Positions 29,112 through 38,379 of a stretch of DNA of 64,000 nucleotides are shown in pieces. Each line of letters opens with the position of its first letter. Within the stretch, counting starts at the first letter, position 1. Origin of the DNA: Bacillota bacterium (GTDB lineage Bacteria > Bacillota > Sulfobacillia > DUMF01); contig JBNARI010000005.1 of the NCBI GenBank assembly GCA_049718765.1, positions 3,999-67,998 of the forward strand, read 5' to 3'. A program made the position numbers and the translations under genes. Below the pieces are notes generated by a model. That model did not search any database and was not told where the DNA came from. It saw only the letters and a list, made by a program, of their open reading frames with translations.

Positions 29112-30619
29112 CGTCCCTGTGGGTACGTTGCTGGAATAACGTGGGCAGTTAAGCTGGCTTGGTCCCAAGAAATGGACCACCCAACCGCCTCCACAAACGC
29201 CCTAACGGGCACCATTACACGTGAGTTAGCTATGGTGACGGGACCCGGAGTTTCCGCTCGCTTTCCGCCAACCATTATATAACACTCGCCAACGGGTACC
29301 CATGCCTGAACCTCCCCCGAGGAACACTTCACCTGCCAACTCCCGGGATCCCAGTCAACCACAAAACCCATGGCCTGAGCAAGGGTTCGCAATGGCGCGT
29401 ACATAACCTGACCCCAAAGGTAGATCGGAGCTTCGGGGTCCACCACCTGCCTGCCCTGGACCGTTATACCCGGTCTGCCCAGGGTTACTGCCTGGTCAAC
29501 CAACGGTACGATCACGGTTCGGCCACAGGCCAGGGCTCCGGACGCAAATTGTGACGTGAATCCCTTTTCCCAAACAAGGTGTCCGCTTACGGCGTCCAAA
29601 GCAAGCACTTTGCCGCAGGACGCAGCTTCCCAGTACAGCGTAACCACCAATTCGGGCTCTTGGCCCAAAGAGATTCCAATCACGTTGGGGTAAAACGTTG
29701 CTTTCCTCTTGCCCACTTTGGTTACCAGGGCTTCGCCAGTCCATTGCCACTTGAGGTCACCGGTAGCAGCGTCCAGCGCAACCACCCTCCCCTGGCTCCC
29801 CGCATAAAGCGTATCGTGACACACAAGCATCGAGCCCCACCTTGAGCTAAAGCTGTCACGGAACCGCCATAACGGCTGTCCGGAATCGGTATCCAAAGCC
29901 CACACTGAGCCAGCCTCGTCTGACGAAGTGATGGCGAATAGGGTATCTCCCTGCACTTGGATATACCCTCCTGACCAGCCCTCAAGCTGTGCAAGCAACC
30001 GCACTTGGCCAGTAGCTGCTGTAATGGCGTATACCCTGGCGCGCCCAGTTCCGCCGCCAGCCGTTACCACATACACTGTGTCCCCCGTGGCCACCGGGGG
30101 GCCACCAGGAAGGTCACCTAGGCTTGCCTTCCACATAGTGGCACCAGTAACGGCCAGCAAGGCATACGCAGTGCCACTCTGGCCAATTACGTAAATGTTC
30201 TTGCTGTCAAAGGCTGGGTCACAAACCACAGGGTCACCCAGGTCCGTTTCCCAGTTCACCGCTCCCGTAAAAGAGTCAAGACAGGTGACCTTACCCTGGT
30301 CGGTGCCAAAGACGATGCTTCCTCCCAGCACCGCAAAACCTCCGCGCACAATGCCATGACTGTTGACTCGCCAGACCACTTGCCCAGTCTGGAGCTGCAC
30401 CGCAAGTACCTCGCCACTGCGCAGCGACATGAACAATGTGTCTTGGCAAACCCCAGGATTGGAACGCACTTGAAGTTGGGCTTCTATACCCCATCGCCTC
30501 ACTACCCATTCCACCCCAGGCGACGCTGCATGGGTCCAGCCTGGCACACCCAACCCGATAACAAAACTGCAAGCCAACAGAAGAACAGACACCGCTGTCC
30601 CAACCATATGATGGAACAT
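29108..30619 (-). CDS. Secreted PQQ-repeat beta-propeller protein with C-terminal copper-amine-oxidase-N-terminal-like (cell-wall-associated) domain
   Basis: Signal peptide; repeated ...G.V.A.D..TG...W motifs (ALDAVSGHLVWE, ALDAATGDLKWQW, ALDTDSGQPLWRF). The C-terminal 100 aa resemble the Cu_amine_oxidN1 'stalk' domain. Confidence 0.65.
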   Translation of the reverse strand: MFHHMVGTAVSVLLLACSFVIGLGVPGWTHAASPGVEWVVRRWGIEAQLQVRSNPGVCQDTLFMSLRSGEVLAVQLQTGQVVWRVNSHGIVRGGFAVLGGSIVFGTDQGKVTCLDSFTGAVNWETDLGDPVVCDPAFDSKNIYVIGQSGTAYALLAVTGATMWKASLGDLPGGPPVATGDTVYVVTAGGGTGRARVYAITAATGQVRLLAQLEGWSGGYIQVQGDTLFAITSSDEAGSVWALDTDSGQPLWRFRDSFSSRWGSMLVCHDTLYAGSQGRVVALDAATGDLKWQWTGEALVTKVGKRKATFYPNVIGISLGQEPELVVTLYWEAASCGKVLALDAVSGHLVWEKGFTSQFASGALACGRTVIVPLVDQAVTLGRPGITVQGRQVVDPEAPIYLWGQVMYAPLRTLAQAMGFVVDWDPGSWQVKCSSGEVQAWVPVGECYIMVGGKRAETPGPVTIANSRVMVPVRAFVEAVGWSISWDQASLTAHVIPATYPQGR

Positions 30620-31052
30620 GAGCGTCTCTCCTTCCTACGTGAGGATAGAGATCAATAGGTCAACCTTGGAACTCAGCCTGGTGCTGTATGACAAGGATTG
30701 GTATACTTTCCCGTGTGCCCTGGGCAAGCCAGCCACCCCTACCCCCGCTGGCAATTGGGCAATAAGAGAAAAAGTGGTCAACCCGTCCTGGGAAGTCCTG
30801 GGCAGCCACTGGATGGGCCTCAACATTCCCAACGGCAACTACGGTATCCACGGGACGAACGCGCCATGGTCCATTGGCCATTACATATCCAACGGATGCA
30901 TCAGGTTGCTCAACCAACACATCGAGTTCCTCTTCCCGTTAGTGCCAATCGGTACGCCCTTCACTCCAATACTCATGCCACGAGTCCTCTGGTCTTACCT
31001 TCTTGCCACAAAACCAAAGCTCGCATTCGGGGTATTGCTCCGCCAGTCCTAA
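30618..31052 (+). CDS. L,D-transpeptidase (YkuD domain)
   Basis: Catalytic motif HGT...SNGCIRL (HGTNAPWSIGHYISNGCIRL). Confidence 0.8.
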   Translation: MSVSPSYVRIEINRSTLELSLVLYDKDWYTFPCALGKPATPTPAGNWAIREKVVNPSWEVLGSHWMGLNIPNGNYGIHGTNAPWSIGHYISNGCIRLLNQHIEFLFPLVPIGTPFTPILMPRVLWSYLLATKPKLAFGVLLRQS

Positions 31053-31153
31053 AAGCAGCATTTGCAAGTACTTCTGAGCCATCTGCTTCAATTCGCCGGC
31101 GTCCGGACGCCCCCTTGCACAGCCACTTTTATCCACGAAGGATATCTCCACTC

Positions 31154-32038
31154 TCACTGCAATGACCTGCCTCCCATAGCCCTCTTATTCTTTGGCGATC
31201 GCAAGAAGAACACCGACACTGTTCCAGGACCCACGTGGCTACCAATGGTGGCCCCGATTTGGGAAATAAGGAAATGCTTGGTGCCAAACCGCTCCTCGAT
31301 TGCCTGTTTAAGGGACATGCAAAGCTCCACGTTGTCGGCGTGGTTCAAGCCAATCACCTGTGAAGACAGGTTCTCGCCCCTTTCTTCCATCACCTCAAGC
31401 ATCTTGTTAAGAATACCTTTCTTGCCCCTCACTTTGTCCAAAGGTACTATTGCGCCGTCCTCAAACTGGAGAATCGGGTGTACGTTAAGGATAGTACCTA
31501 CAGCAGCCGCAGCTGGAGAAATGCGTCCGCCTTTCTTGAGCATTTCTAGGGATCCCACCGCAAATATGTGCTCCATGTGGTCACGCATAAAGGTCACCCT
31601 CTCCACGATACGCTCCATGCTCGCACCTTCCCGAGCCATCACGGCTGCTTCCTTTACGATGAGCCCTTCTCCAACTGAAGCGGCTTTAGAGTCCACCACG
31701 GTGATCCGCTCGGGATCCACAGTGTCCCTTGCCACGCACGCGGATTGGTAAGTGCCGCTCAGTTTGGACGAAAAACAAATGCACAATACAGCGTACCCCT
31801 GGGCAATTGCCTGGCGGAACTGCCTAGCGAAATCAGAGGGCGGGATTTGGGCTGTTTTGGGTAACACAGGGGATTTCTTGAGTTTGGCGTAAAACTCTGA
31901 AGGGCTAATGGTAACTCTATCGTAATAAGTCTCGTCCCCAAAGCTCACCGCCATGGGCACCATATCAACGCCCAAAGCGTTCAAGTAGTCCCTGTCAAGG
32001 TCACACGTGCTATCCGTAATCACCTTTATGCTGGTCAT
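31154..32038 (-). CDS. DegV-family fatty-acid-binding protein
   Basis: N-terminal ITDSTCDL motif, EDD-fold, 294 aa. Confidence 0.85.
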   Translation of the reverse strand: MTSIKVITDSTCDLDRDYLNALGVDMVPMAVSFGDETYYDRVTISPSEFYAKLKKSPVLPKTAQIPPSDFARQFRQAIAQGYAVLCICFSSKLSGTYQSACVARDTVDPERITVVDSKAASVGEGLIVKEAAVMAREGASMERIVERVTFMRDHMEHIFAVGSLEMLKKGGRISPAAAAVGTILNVHPILQFEDGAIVPLDKVRGKKGILNKMLEVMEERGENLSSQVIGLNHADNVELCMSLKQAIEERFGTKHFLISQIGATIGSHVGPGTVSVFFLRSPKNKRAMGGRSLQ

Positions 32039-32176
32039 GGCGTCCCTGGAGCCCGGCCTCCTTTATCACACAATCTCAAGTACACCCATTATAATCCAAC
32101 CGCGTGTGGCAAGCACCTACCGTGTAATAACCCAGATTCCCACGGATATATGTTTCACCAGGACGTTTGGGAAGGG

Positions 32177-33622
32177 ATGCGCTTGCTGAGGGCAGCCATT
32201 TACTGTAGGGTTTCCACCGATGAACAAGCTCGGGATGGCCTGTCCATCGCGGCACAGCGAAAGCTGCTTCTGGACTACGCATCCGCACACAACATGGAAG
32301 TTGTTGCAGAGTACGTGGACGAAGGCGCGTCCGGTAGAACCGCAGCTAGGCCCCAATTCCAGCTCATGATAAAAGCAGCTCGCTCCCAACCCAGGCCATT
32401 CGATGTCATACTGGTCCATAAGACGGACCGTTTCGCCAGAAACCGAGAAGACGCTATCGTTTACAAGGCCTTGCTGCGCAGGGAATGCGGCGTGCACGTG
32501 GTGTGCGCGTCAGAGCAATTCGACGACACGCCCACAGGACGTTTGCTCGAAGGCCTCATGGAGGTGGTGGCCGAGTTCTTCTCCCTCAACCTGTCCCAGG
32601 AAGTGCATAAGGGTATGAAGGAAAAGGCATTGCGCGGAGGCAAAGCCCTCGGAAAGCTGCCCTTTGGATACCGAACTGAACCCGACGGCACAATTGGGGT
32701 GGTGCCTGAACAGGCAGAAGTGGTCAGGCTCATATTCCAGCAATACGCCACAGGAGACTGGAGTCTGGCCCAACTAGCTCGCGAGCTTAAAGCCAAATAT
32801 GGCCGCTTTGGCTTAAGGTGGTCCACTGCCACGCTTCGCAACATGATTAGGAACCGCTTCTACGTTGGTTGCCTTGTGTGGAACGTGAGGAAGGGCCGCG
32901 GAGGCCAAAGGACATGGCGCACTCCAAACGAATGGGTAGTGGTGGAAGACTCCCACCCTGCCATCATTCAGCCAGACGTTTACCAAAAGGCAAACCAGGT
33001 GCTGTCCCAGAGGGCCCGTCGCAGGGGCCGCAATCCCCAGCAAGATTATGCCTTAAAGGGGCTCGCCTTTTGCATGGACTGCGGCAGCTCCATGTGTTCT
33101 AACACCTTGCCCCATCACGCCCGGCAGCTTTCGTGTTCCGGCTACCATAACCACAAAGGTTGCTACTACAATCACATTCCAATGGGGCTTGCTGAAGCTG
33201 CCGTGGTTTCCGCGCTGCGGGACCTGTTGGCAGGCTTCTTCGGCCTGGACCACTTGACAATCGCGGAACGGCAGGAGACCGTGGAGCCCGCACTGGCGAA
33301 CCCTAGCAAAACCGAGGCCCAACTGAAGCGCCAGTTTGAACTGTACGTGGCAGGAGCCATAACTGTCGAGCAGTTCACACAGTACCTACAGGCGGAACGC
33401 TCTGGAATCGCCGCCCAGCCGGCCCAGGGGAGCACATCCTCGGGGCAACAAAATGGTCAGTCGAGATTGGCAGAAGTTACTGCAAGAGCCAAAGCCATAC
33501 TGGAACTCATGGACGACCCAGAACTGCCAGCTCAGGTGAGGCGCAATGCGCTCAAGAAAGTGATATACCGCGTTGAGTGGTCCCGCAGACAGGACGTGCT
33601 GCAAATCACCTTCGTCGTGTGA
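32177..33622 (+). CDS. Large serine recombinase (resolvase N-domain, recombinase domain, zinc ribbon, coiled coil)
   Basis: AAIYCRVSTDEQ (catalytic Ser), DRFARN, the recombinase-domain motifs and a zinc ribbon (CMDCGSSM...CSGYHNHKGC). SpoIVCA/SprA-like. The start was chosen at the Met with a GGAAGGG RBS. Confidence 0.9.
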   Translation: MRLLRAAIYCRVSTDEQARDGLSIAAQRKLLLDYASAHNMEVVAEYVDEGASGRTAARPQFQLMIKAARSQPRPFDVILVHKTDRFARNREDAIVYKALLRRECGVHVVCASEQFDDTPTGRLLEGLMEVVAEFFSLNLSQEVHKGMKEKALRGGKALGKLPFGYRTEPDGTIGVVPEQAEVVRLIFQQYATGDWSLAQLARELKAKYGRFGLRWSTATLRNMIRNRFYVGCLVWNVRKGRGGQRTWRTPNEWVVVEDSHPAIIQPDVYQKANQVLSQRARRRGRNPQQDYALKGLAFCMDCGSSMCSNTLPHHARQLSCSGYHNHKGCYYNHIPMGLAEAAVVSALRDLLAGFFGLDHLTIAERQETVEPALANPSKTEAQLKRQFELYVAGAITVEQFTQYLQAERSGIAAQPAQGSTSSGQQNGQSRLAEVTARAKAILELMDDPELPAQVRRNALKKVIYRVEWSRRQDVLQITFVV

Positions 33623-33727
33623 TTATCTCAAACACAGGTACTCCGGTATTCATTTACGGGGAATACGGCAGCGAGACATGACCTCAGCCCTGCTTCATGC
33701 TACAGTTGACAGCAGTACCATTTCCGA

Positions 33728-35869
33728 TCACTGACGATCTTGGCGCCTCCTGCTACCAAACAGTTGGTCGTACTCTGATAGCTTGATCTTCACTTCCCTG
33801 GGCTTAGACCCATCGTATGGCCCAATAAATCCTCGCTTTTCCATTGCGTCTATAAGGCGCGCTGCCCTGGCGTAGCCGATTGGCAATTTCCTTTGAAGCA
33901 AGGACACAGACGCTTGACCAGCCTCAATCACTGCCCGCACCGCCTGGGGAAACAGAGGGTCGTCCTCATCCACTTTGTCTTGGGAAGTACTGATGTCCAA
34001 CTCAGACACATCCACCTTGTATTCTGGCTTCGCCTGATCACGCAAGTAGCCCACCAGCTGCTCCACTTCACGGTCAGACACGAATGCACCCTGAGCCCTG
34101 ATGGGCTTGGGCGCGCCCAGGGGCATGAAAAGCATGTCCCCGCGGCCAAGCAGCTTCTCAGCCCCAGCTGTGTCTAGAATAGTCCGCGAGTCGACCTGTG
34201 ACGACACGGCAAATGCTATCCTCGATGGAATGTTAGCCTTTATCGTACCCGTGATCACGTCTACCGATGGCCGCTGCGTGGCAACCACCAGGTGTATGCC
34301 AGCTGCCCGTGCCATTTGAGCCAACCTGAATATGGCGTCTTCCACGTCTACGGGAGCAACCATCATCAAGTCTGCAAGCTCGTCGATGACCACCACTATG
34401 TACGGCATGAAATCCTTTTCCCCGGCCACCTGGTTATACCTGGCAATGTCCCTAACTCCGGCCTGAACGAACATACGGTACCTGTTCTCCATTTCCTGAA
34501 CAACCCAGCGCAAGCAGCCAGCCGCCTTACGGGGATCTGTGACTACTGGCGCCAGCAGGTGGGGGATCCCGTCGTACACCGAAAGCTCCACCATCTTGGG
34601 ATCGATCATCACGAACTTCAGCTCGGAAGGAGTAGCCTTATACAACAGGCTGCAGATTATGCAGTTGAGACACACGCTCTTGCCCGATCCCGTAGCCCCA
34701 GCTATGAGCAAATGGAGCAGCTTGTCCAAGTCAGACACCACTGGCCTCCCAGAAATCTCCTTTCCAAGCGCCACCGTAAGCTTTGAAGTGGAAGACCTGA
34801 ATTCCTCGGAGGCAAGTATGTCCCTCAAGTGAACCACGGCAATCTCTTTGTTGGGTACCTCGATACCTACCACTGACTTGCCGGGAACAGGCGCCTCTAT
34901 GCGCACGTTGGGTGCAGCAAGGCTCAGGGCAATGTCGTTTGCTAGTGCCACTATCGTGGAGACCTTCACGCCAGGTGCTGGTTGAACTTCAAACCTGGTC
35001 ACGGAGGGTCCCTGGGATACGTCCACAACCCTGGCACTCACGCCAAAGCTGGCAAGGGTTTGTTCCAAGAGCTGCTTCTTGTCGTCGGCGTTCTTCTCAG
35101 CCTTGGGAGGTCTTACCTTGTACTTTTGCAGCAAGCTCAGGGGCGGCAGCCTGTATCCAAGATCGGCCCCTACCGTCAGCTGTCTTGTGGCTGGCTGGCG
35201 TTCTTCCGGCTCCGGTATGCGTTGCTCGGGCACCTCGGAGGGTTTAGAGCTCGTCGCCCCATTCTGACCTATCTGCTCTTGAGGCTCTTTGGAGTTCTCC
35301 TTTTCCGGTGCAACGTAATCAGCGATAGCAGTCACAGTTTCCCGGTAAACCTCACTCAGCCAATGACCTGCGCGGCCCAACAGGTTTGCAGGCGACACAC
35401 CGAAGGCAAGGGGCAGTGACGCTACAACCCCGGTCAAGAGCACCAACCACCTGCCAGCGAACCCAAACACCTTGCCCAAAGTGAAAGCCACTCCCCCACC
35501 AATAACGCCCGCACCCTGACCTGCAAGGGCTGCCCGTAGCTCAGAGCCGGGCTCACACACGACGCTGTGGATGGCCCCAGTCACGCTTGCAACAAGCACC
35601 AAAGCTCCCGCAACCCTGCTCCAGTCCAGCCTCTTGCCAGGGTATGCCATCATCCACACACCTGTGGCCAGCAGGCCAAAAGGAATAAGAAACCAAGTGC
35701 GCTCCCCAAGCATGAGGTTCATGGCCTTCTTCAGGTACACCCCAGCCCAGCCTGAAGTTTCCGGGCTGTGGCTTGCTCCGGCCAACAGCGCATAACATCC
35801 AAGGCAAAACAGGCCAATTCCCAGCGCTTCCCTTACAAGTTTCCCAGCCAGTGTGCGCTCGCGCTCCAC
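33728..35869 (-). CDS. ftsK: DNA translocase FtsK/SpoIIIE
   Basis: N-terminal 4 TM helices, a Pro/Glu-rich linker, an ATPase core (GATGSGKS, Walker B VVIDELAD) and a C-terminal gamma wHTH. Confidence 0.9.
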   Translation of the reverse strand: MERERTLAGKLVREALGIGLFCLGCYALLAGASHSPETSGWAGVYLKKAMNLMLGERTWFLIPFGLLATGVWMMAYPGKRLDWSRVAGALVLVASVTGAIHSVVCEPGSELRAALAGQGAGVIGGGVAFTLGKVFGFAGRWLVLLTGVVASLPLAFGVSPANLLGRAGHWLSEVYRETVTAIADYVAPEKENSKEPQEQIGQNGATSSKPSEVPEQRIPEPEERQPATRQLTVGADLGYRLPPLSLLQKYKVRPPKAEKNADDKKQLLEQTLASFGVSARVVDVSQGPSVTRFEVQPAPGVKVSTIVALANDIALSLAAPNVRIEAPVPGKSVVGIEVPNKEIAVVHLRDILASEEFRSSTSKLTVALGKEISGRPVVSDLDKLLHLLIAGATGSGKSVCLNCIICSLLYKATPSELKFVMIDPKMVELSVYDGIPHLLAPVVTDPRKAAGCLRWVVQEMENRYRMFVQAGVRDIARYNQVAGEKDFMPYIVVVIDELADLMMVAPVDVEDAIFRLAQMARAAGIHLVVATQRPSVDVITGTIKANIPSRIAFAVSSQVDSRTILDTAGAEKLLGRGDMLFMPLGAPKPIRAQGAFVSDREVEQLVGYLRDQAKPEYKVDVSELDISTSQDKVDEDDPLFPQAVRAVIEAGQASVSLLQRKLPIGYARAARLIDAMEKRGFIGPYDGSKPREVKIKLSEYDQLFGSRRRQDRQ

Positions 35870-35887
35870 GTCAACTCCACTCCTAAC

Positions 35888-36676
35888 TCAGAGCCAGACA
35901 AATACGAGGCCCACGCACAAGCAATACCAGCCGAAGCTCCTCAGGCTGCGCTTTTTCAACCAGCCGACTAACGCCCCAATGGATACGTAACCGCTGATGG
36001 CAGAGGAGACGAGGCCAATTGCGAGAGCTAGGGGTTCTACTCCCAGGGTGCCTTGACCATGCCAAAGACGCAGGAGCTTCAAGGCACCAGCGCCTCCCAC
36101 CACAGGTATTGCCAGTAAAAAGCTGAATTTGGCAGCAGCTTCCCTGGAGAGTCCACGCAGCACTCCAGCGGATATGGTAGATCCAGACCTGGACACGCCA
36201 GGCAACAGGGCAACGCTTTGGGCAAGGCCAACCCATAACGCGTCCGCAGCTGACACCCTAGCTCGCCTTGGCCCGTTGTGGGCACGTCCCAGGCTCCCTA
36301 AAAGCATGAGCGTACCCCCTATCAAGAACCCCACGCCGACCGACCGCATCGAAGCAAACGCTGACTCAACTGATGCTTCTGCAGCAACCCCAACTATTGC
36401 TGCGGGAACGGACCCGATAACAATTGCCAAGGCCAAATGTCTTTGTTCCCTGCGGTCAGGGTCAAGTAACCCCAGCAGCAGGTCTGCCAATTCCCTGCGG
36501 TAGTATGCAAGCACCGCAACGAGGGTGCCCATGTGTAGCGCTATCTCAAACGATGCTCCAGGAGGCTTGACACCCAGCAGGTGCTCCAGCACAGCCAAAT
36601 GTCCCGAGCTGGATACAGGTATGAACTCCGTGACGCCCTGAATCAGACCCAACAAAGCTGCTTGTCCAATCGACAT
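35888..36676 (-). CDS. uppP: Undecaprenyl-diphosphatase
   Basis: BacA/UppP family with the SRSG motif (PGVSRSGSTISAG) and 8 TM helices. Confidence 0.85.
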   Translation of the reverse strand: MSIGQAALLGLIQGVTEFIPVSSSGHLAVLEHLLGVKPPGASFEIALHMGTLVAVLAYYRRELADLLLGLLDPDRREQRHLALAIVIGSVPAAIVGVAAEASVESAFASMRSVGVGFLIGGTLMLLGSLGRAHNGPRRARVSAADALWVGLAQSVALLPGVSRSGSTISAGVLRGLSREAAAKFSFLLAIPVVGGAGALKLLRLWHGQGTLGVEPLALAIGLVSSAISGYVSIGALVGWLKKRSLRSFGWYCLCVGLVFVWL

Positions 36677-36679
36677 GGC

Positions 36680-38359
36680 TCAGTATTTCCCCAACACAGC
36701 ATTGGCAATATTAACAGCGTGATCACCCACCCTTTCAAGGTTACTGATGAGGTCCAGGTAAATCACGCCCGAAGCAGGATAGCACTTGCCTTCGTTGAGG
36801 CGTTTGATGTGCCCCTTTCTGAGTTTTTTCTCCATGTCGTCGACAATGTCATCCAGTTCTGCAATTGTTGCAGCTTCCGCGCTGTCATTTTGCTCAAACG
36901 CCTTAATGGATTTCTTGAGGGTGTTCAGCACGAGACTGTACATTTCTGTGAGCTCCTTCATCGCTTCGTCGCTGAAGGGCAACCGTTCCTCTCTCTTGTA
37001 TACCCCCAGCTCCGCAATGCTTTGGGCGTGATCGCTAATGCGCTCAAGATCATCGACGGCGTGAATCAACGAAGTGAGCATCCTTGTTTGCTCGTCTGAC
37101 AGCTTGACCTGAGCCACTTTGGCCAAGTACTCATTGATGGCCGATTCAAGCTGGTCTACCAGCTCCTCCTGCTTGGATATGCGGTCAACGTCAACCCTCT
37201 TTTGGTCAAGGAACAAGGCCATACTGGTGACCACGTTGTCCGTGGCGATTTCCGCCATGCGCAGCGCTTCCTTCTTTGCGTGGGCAAGAGCAAGCGAGGG
37301 AGTCTTCAGCAACCTTGCGTCCAGGTAGCGGGGCCCAAATTCTATTGCCTGCTCAGCCCCTGGCATTAGGCGTGTAACCAAATTCACAAACTGGCTGAAG
37401 AGAGGCGTCAGCAGAATCGTGGTGCCAACGTTGAAAGCGGTGTGAGCGTTTGCTACCTGGCGAGCTGCGGTGGATCCAAGCATAGATGCAAGGTGTGTAA
37501 AAGGGCTAAGGAAGATAAGAAACACAACGTTACCAATCACGTTGAACAAGAGGTGGGCCAGAGCTGCCCGTCGAGCTGCAACCGAAGTGCCAATAGAAGC
37601 CAGAAGCGCAGTGACGCACGTGCCGATGTTTGCCCCAAGGATGACGGGTACAGCCTCCCGCACAGTCATTATGCCCTGGGACGCCATGGTTACGAGGAGG
37701 CTGGTAGTAACGCTTGACGACTGAATGATTGCGGTAAAGAGAGCTCCACTCAAAACTCCGAGTACCGGAACATTTCCAAACGAGGTGATTATGCTGGTAA
37801 AGGTGGGAGATTGCTTGAGGGGAGCCACAGCTTCCCCCATTAAGTCAATTCCCAGGAAGAGAATCCCGAAACCGAGTAACCCTTGACCGAAGTTCTTTTG
37901 AGCCCTTGTCCTCCCCAAGAAGCTCAACCCAAAACCAATCCCAATTGCGGGTAAGGCATACGCTCCGAGCTTGAAGGCGACCAGCTGGGCGGTGATGGTC
38001 GTACCGATGTTTGCCCCCATTATCACCCCAACTGCTTCCCTGAGGCTCATGAGCCCCGCGTTCACCAAACCTACTACCATCACTGTAGTAGCGCTGGACG
38101 ATTGGATTAGCGCAGTGACCACCGTTCCTACCACGATGCCCTTGGCAGGAGTCTTGGTAAGGAACTCGAGCGTTCGTCGGAGTTTGTCACCACCTGCCTT
38201 CTGGAGGGCCTCACTCATCATCTGCATTCCCAGCAGGAAGAGGCCCAGGCCCCCTAGGAGGCCGAAAACAATGGACTTGGCCACCAAGTCACCCCCAATT
38301 CTCTTCTCCCTTTGCACCGGAATCGCCCATAAGATTATAGCACACCGGTCGGAGCCCAC
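36680..38359 (-). CDS. Na+/phosphate cotransporter (NptA-like) with C-terminal PhoU-like domains
   Basis: Duplicated QSSS(A/V)TT repeats (IQSSSATTVMVVGL, IQSSSVTTSLLV) and two PhoU repeats at the C-terminus. Confidence 0.8.
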   Translation of the reverse strand: MGSDRCAIILWAIPVQREKRIGGDLVAKSIVFGLLGGLGLFLLGMQMMSEALQKAGGDKLRRTLEFLTKTPAKGIVVGTVVTALIQSSSATTVMVVGLVNAGLMSLREAVGVIMGANIGTTITAQLVAFKLGAYALPAIGIGFGLSFLGRTRAQKNFGQGLLGFGILFLGIDLMGEAVAPLKQSPTFTSIITSFGNVPVLGVLSGALFTAIIQSSSVTTSLLVTMASQGIMTVREAVPVILGANIGTCVTALLASIGTSVAARRAALAHLLFNVIGNVVFLIFLSPFTHLASMLGSTAARQVANAHTAFNVGTTILLTPLFSQFVNLVTRLMPGAEQAIEFGPRYLDARLLKTPSLALAHAKKEALRMAEIATDNVVTSMALFLDQKRVDVDRISKQEELVDQLESAINEYLAKVAQVKLSDEQTRMLTSLIHAVDDLERISDHAQSIAELGVYKREERLPFSDEAMKELTEMYSLVLNTLKKSIKAFEQNDSAEAATIAELDDIVDDMEKKLRKGHIKRLNEGKCYPASGVIYLDLISNLERVGDHAVNIANAVLGKY

Positions 38360-38379
38360 CTTTGCTCCATCCGGTGCGG

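Noticed and set aside
32039-33727. Possible att-like repeats flanking the serine recombinase (cacacaatctcaagtac versus gtgtgattatctcaaacacaggtac)
   Set aside because: The similarity is short and imperfect, and it could arise by chance. It is mentioned in the finding but not called as a feature.
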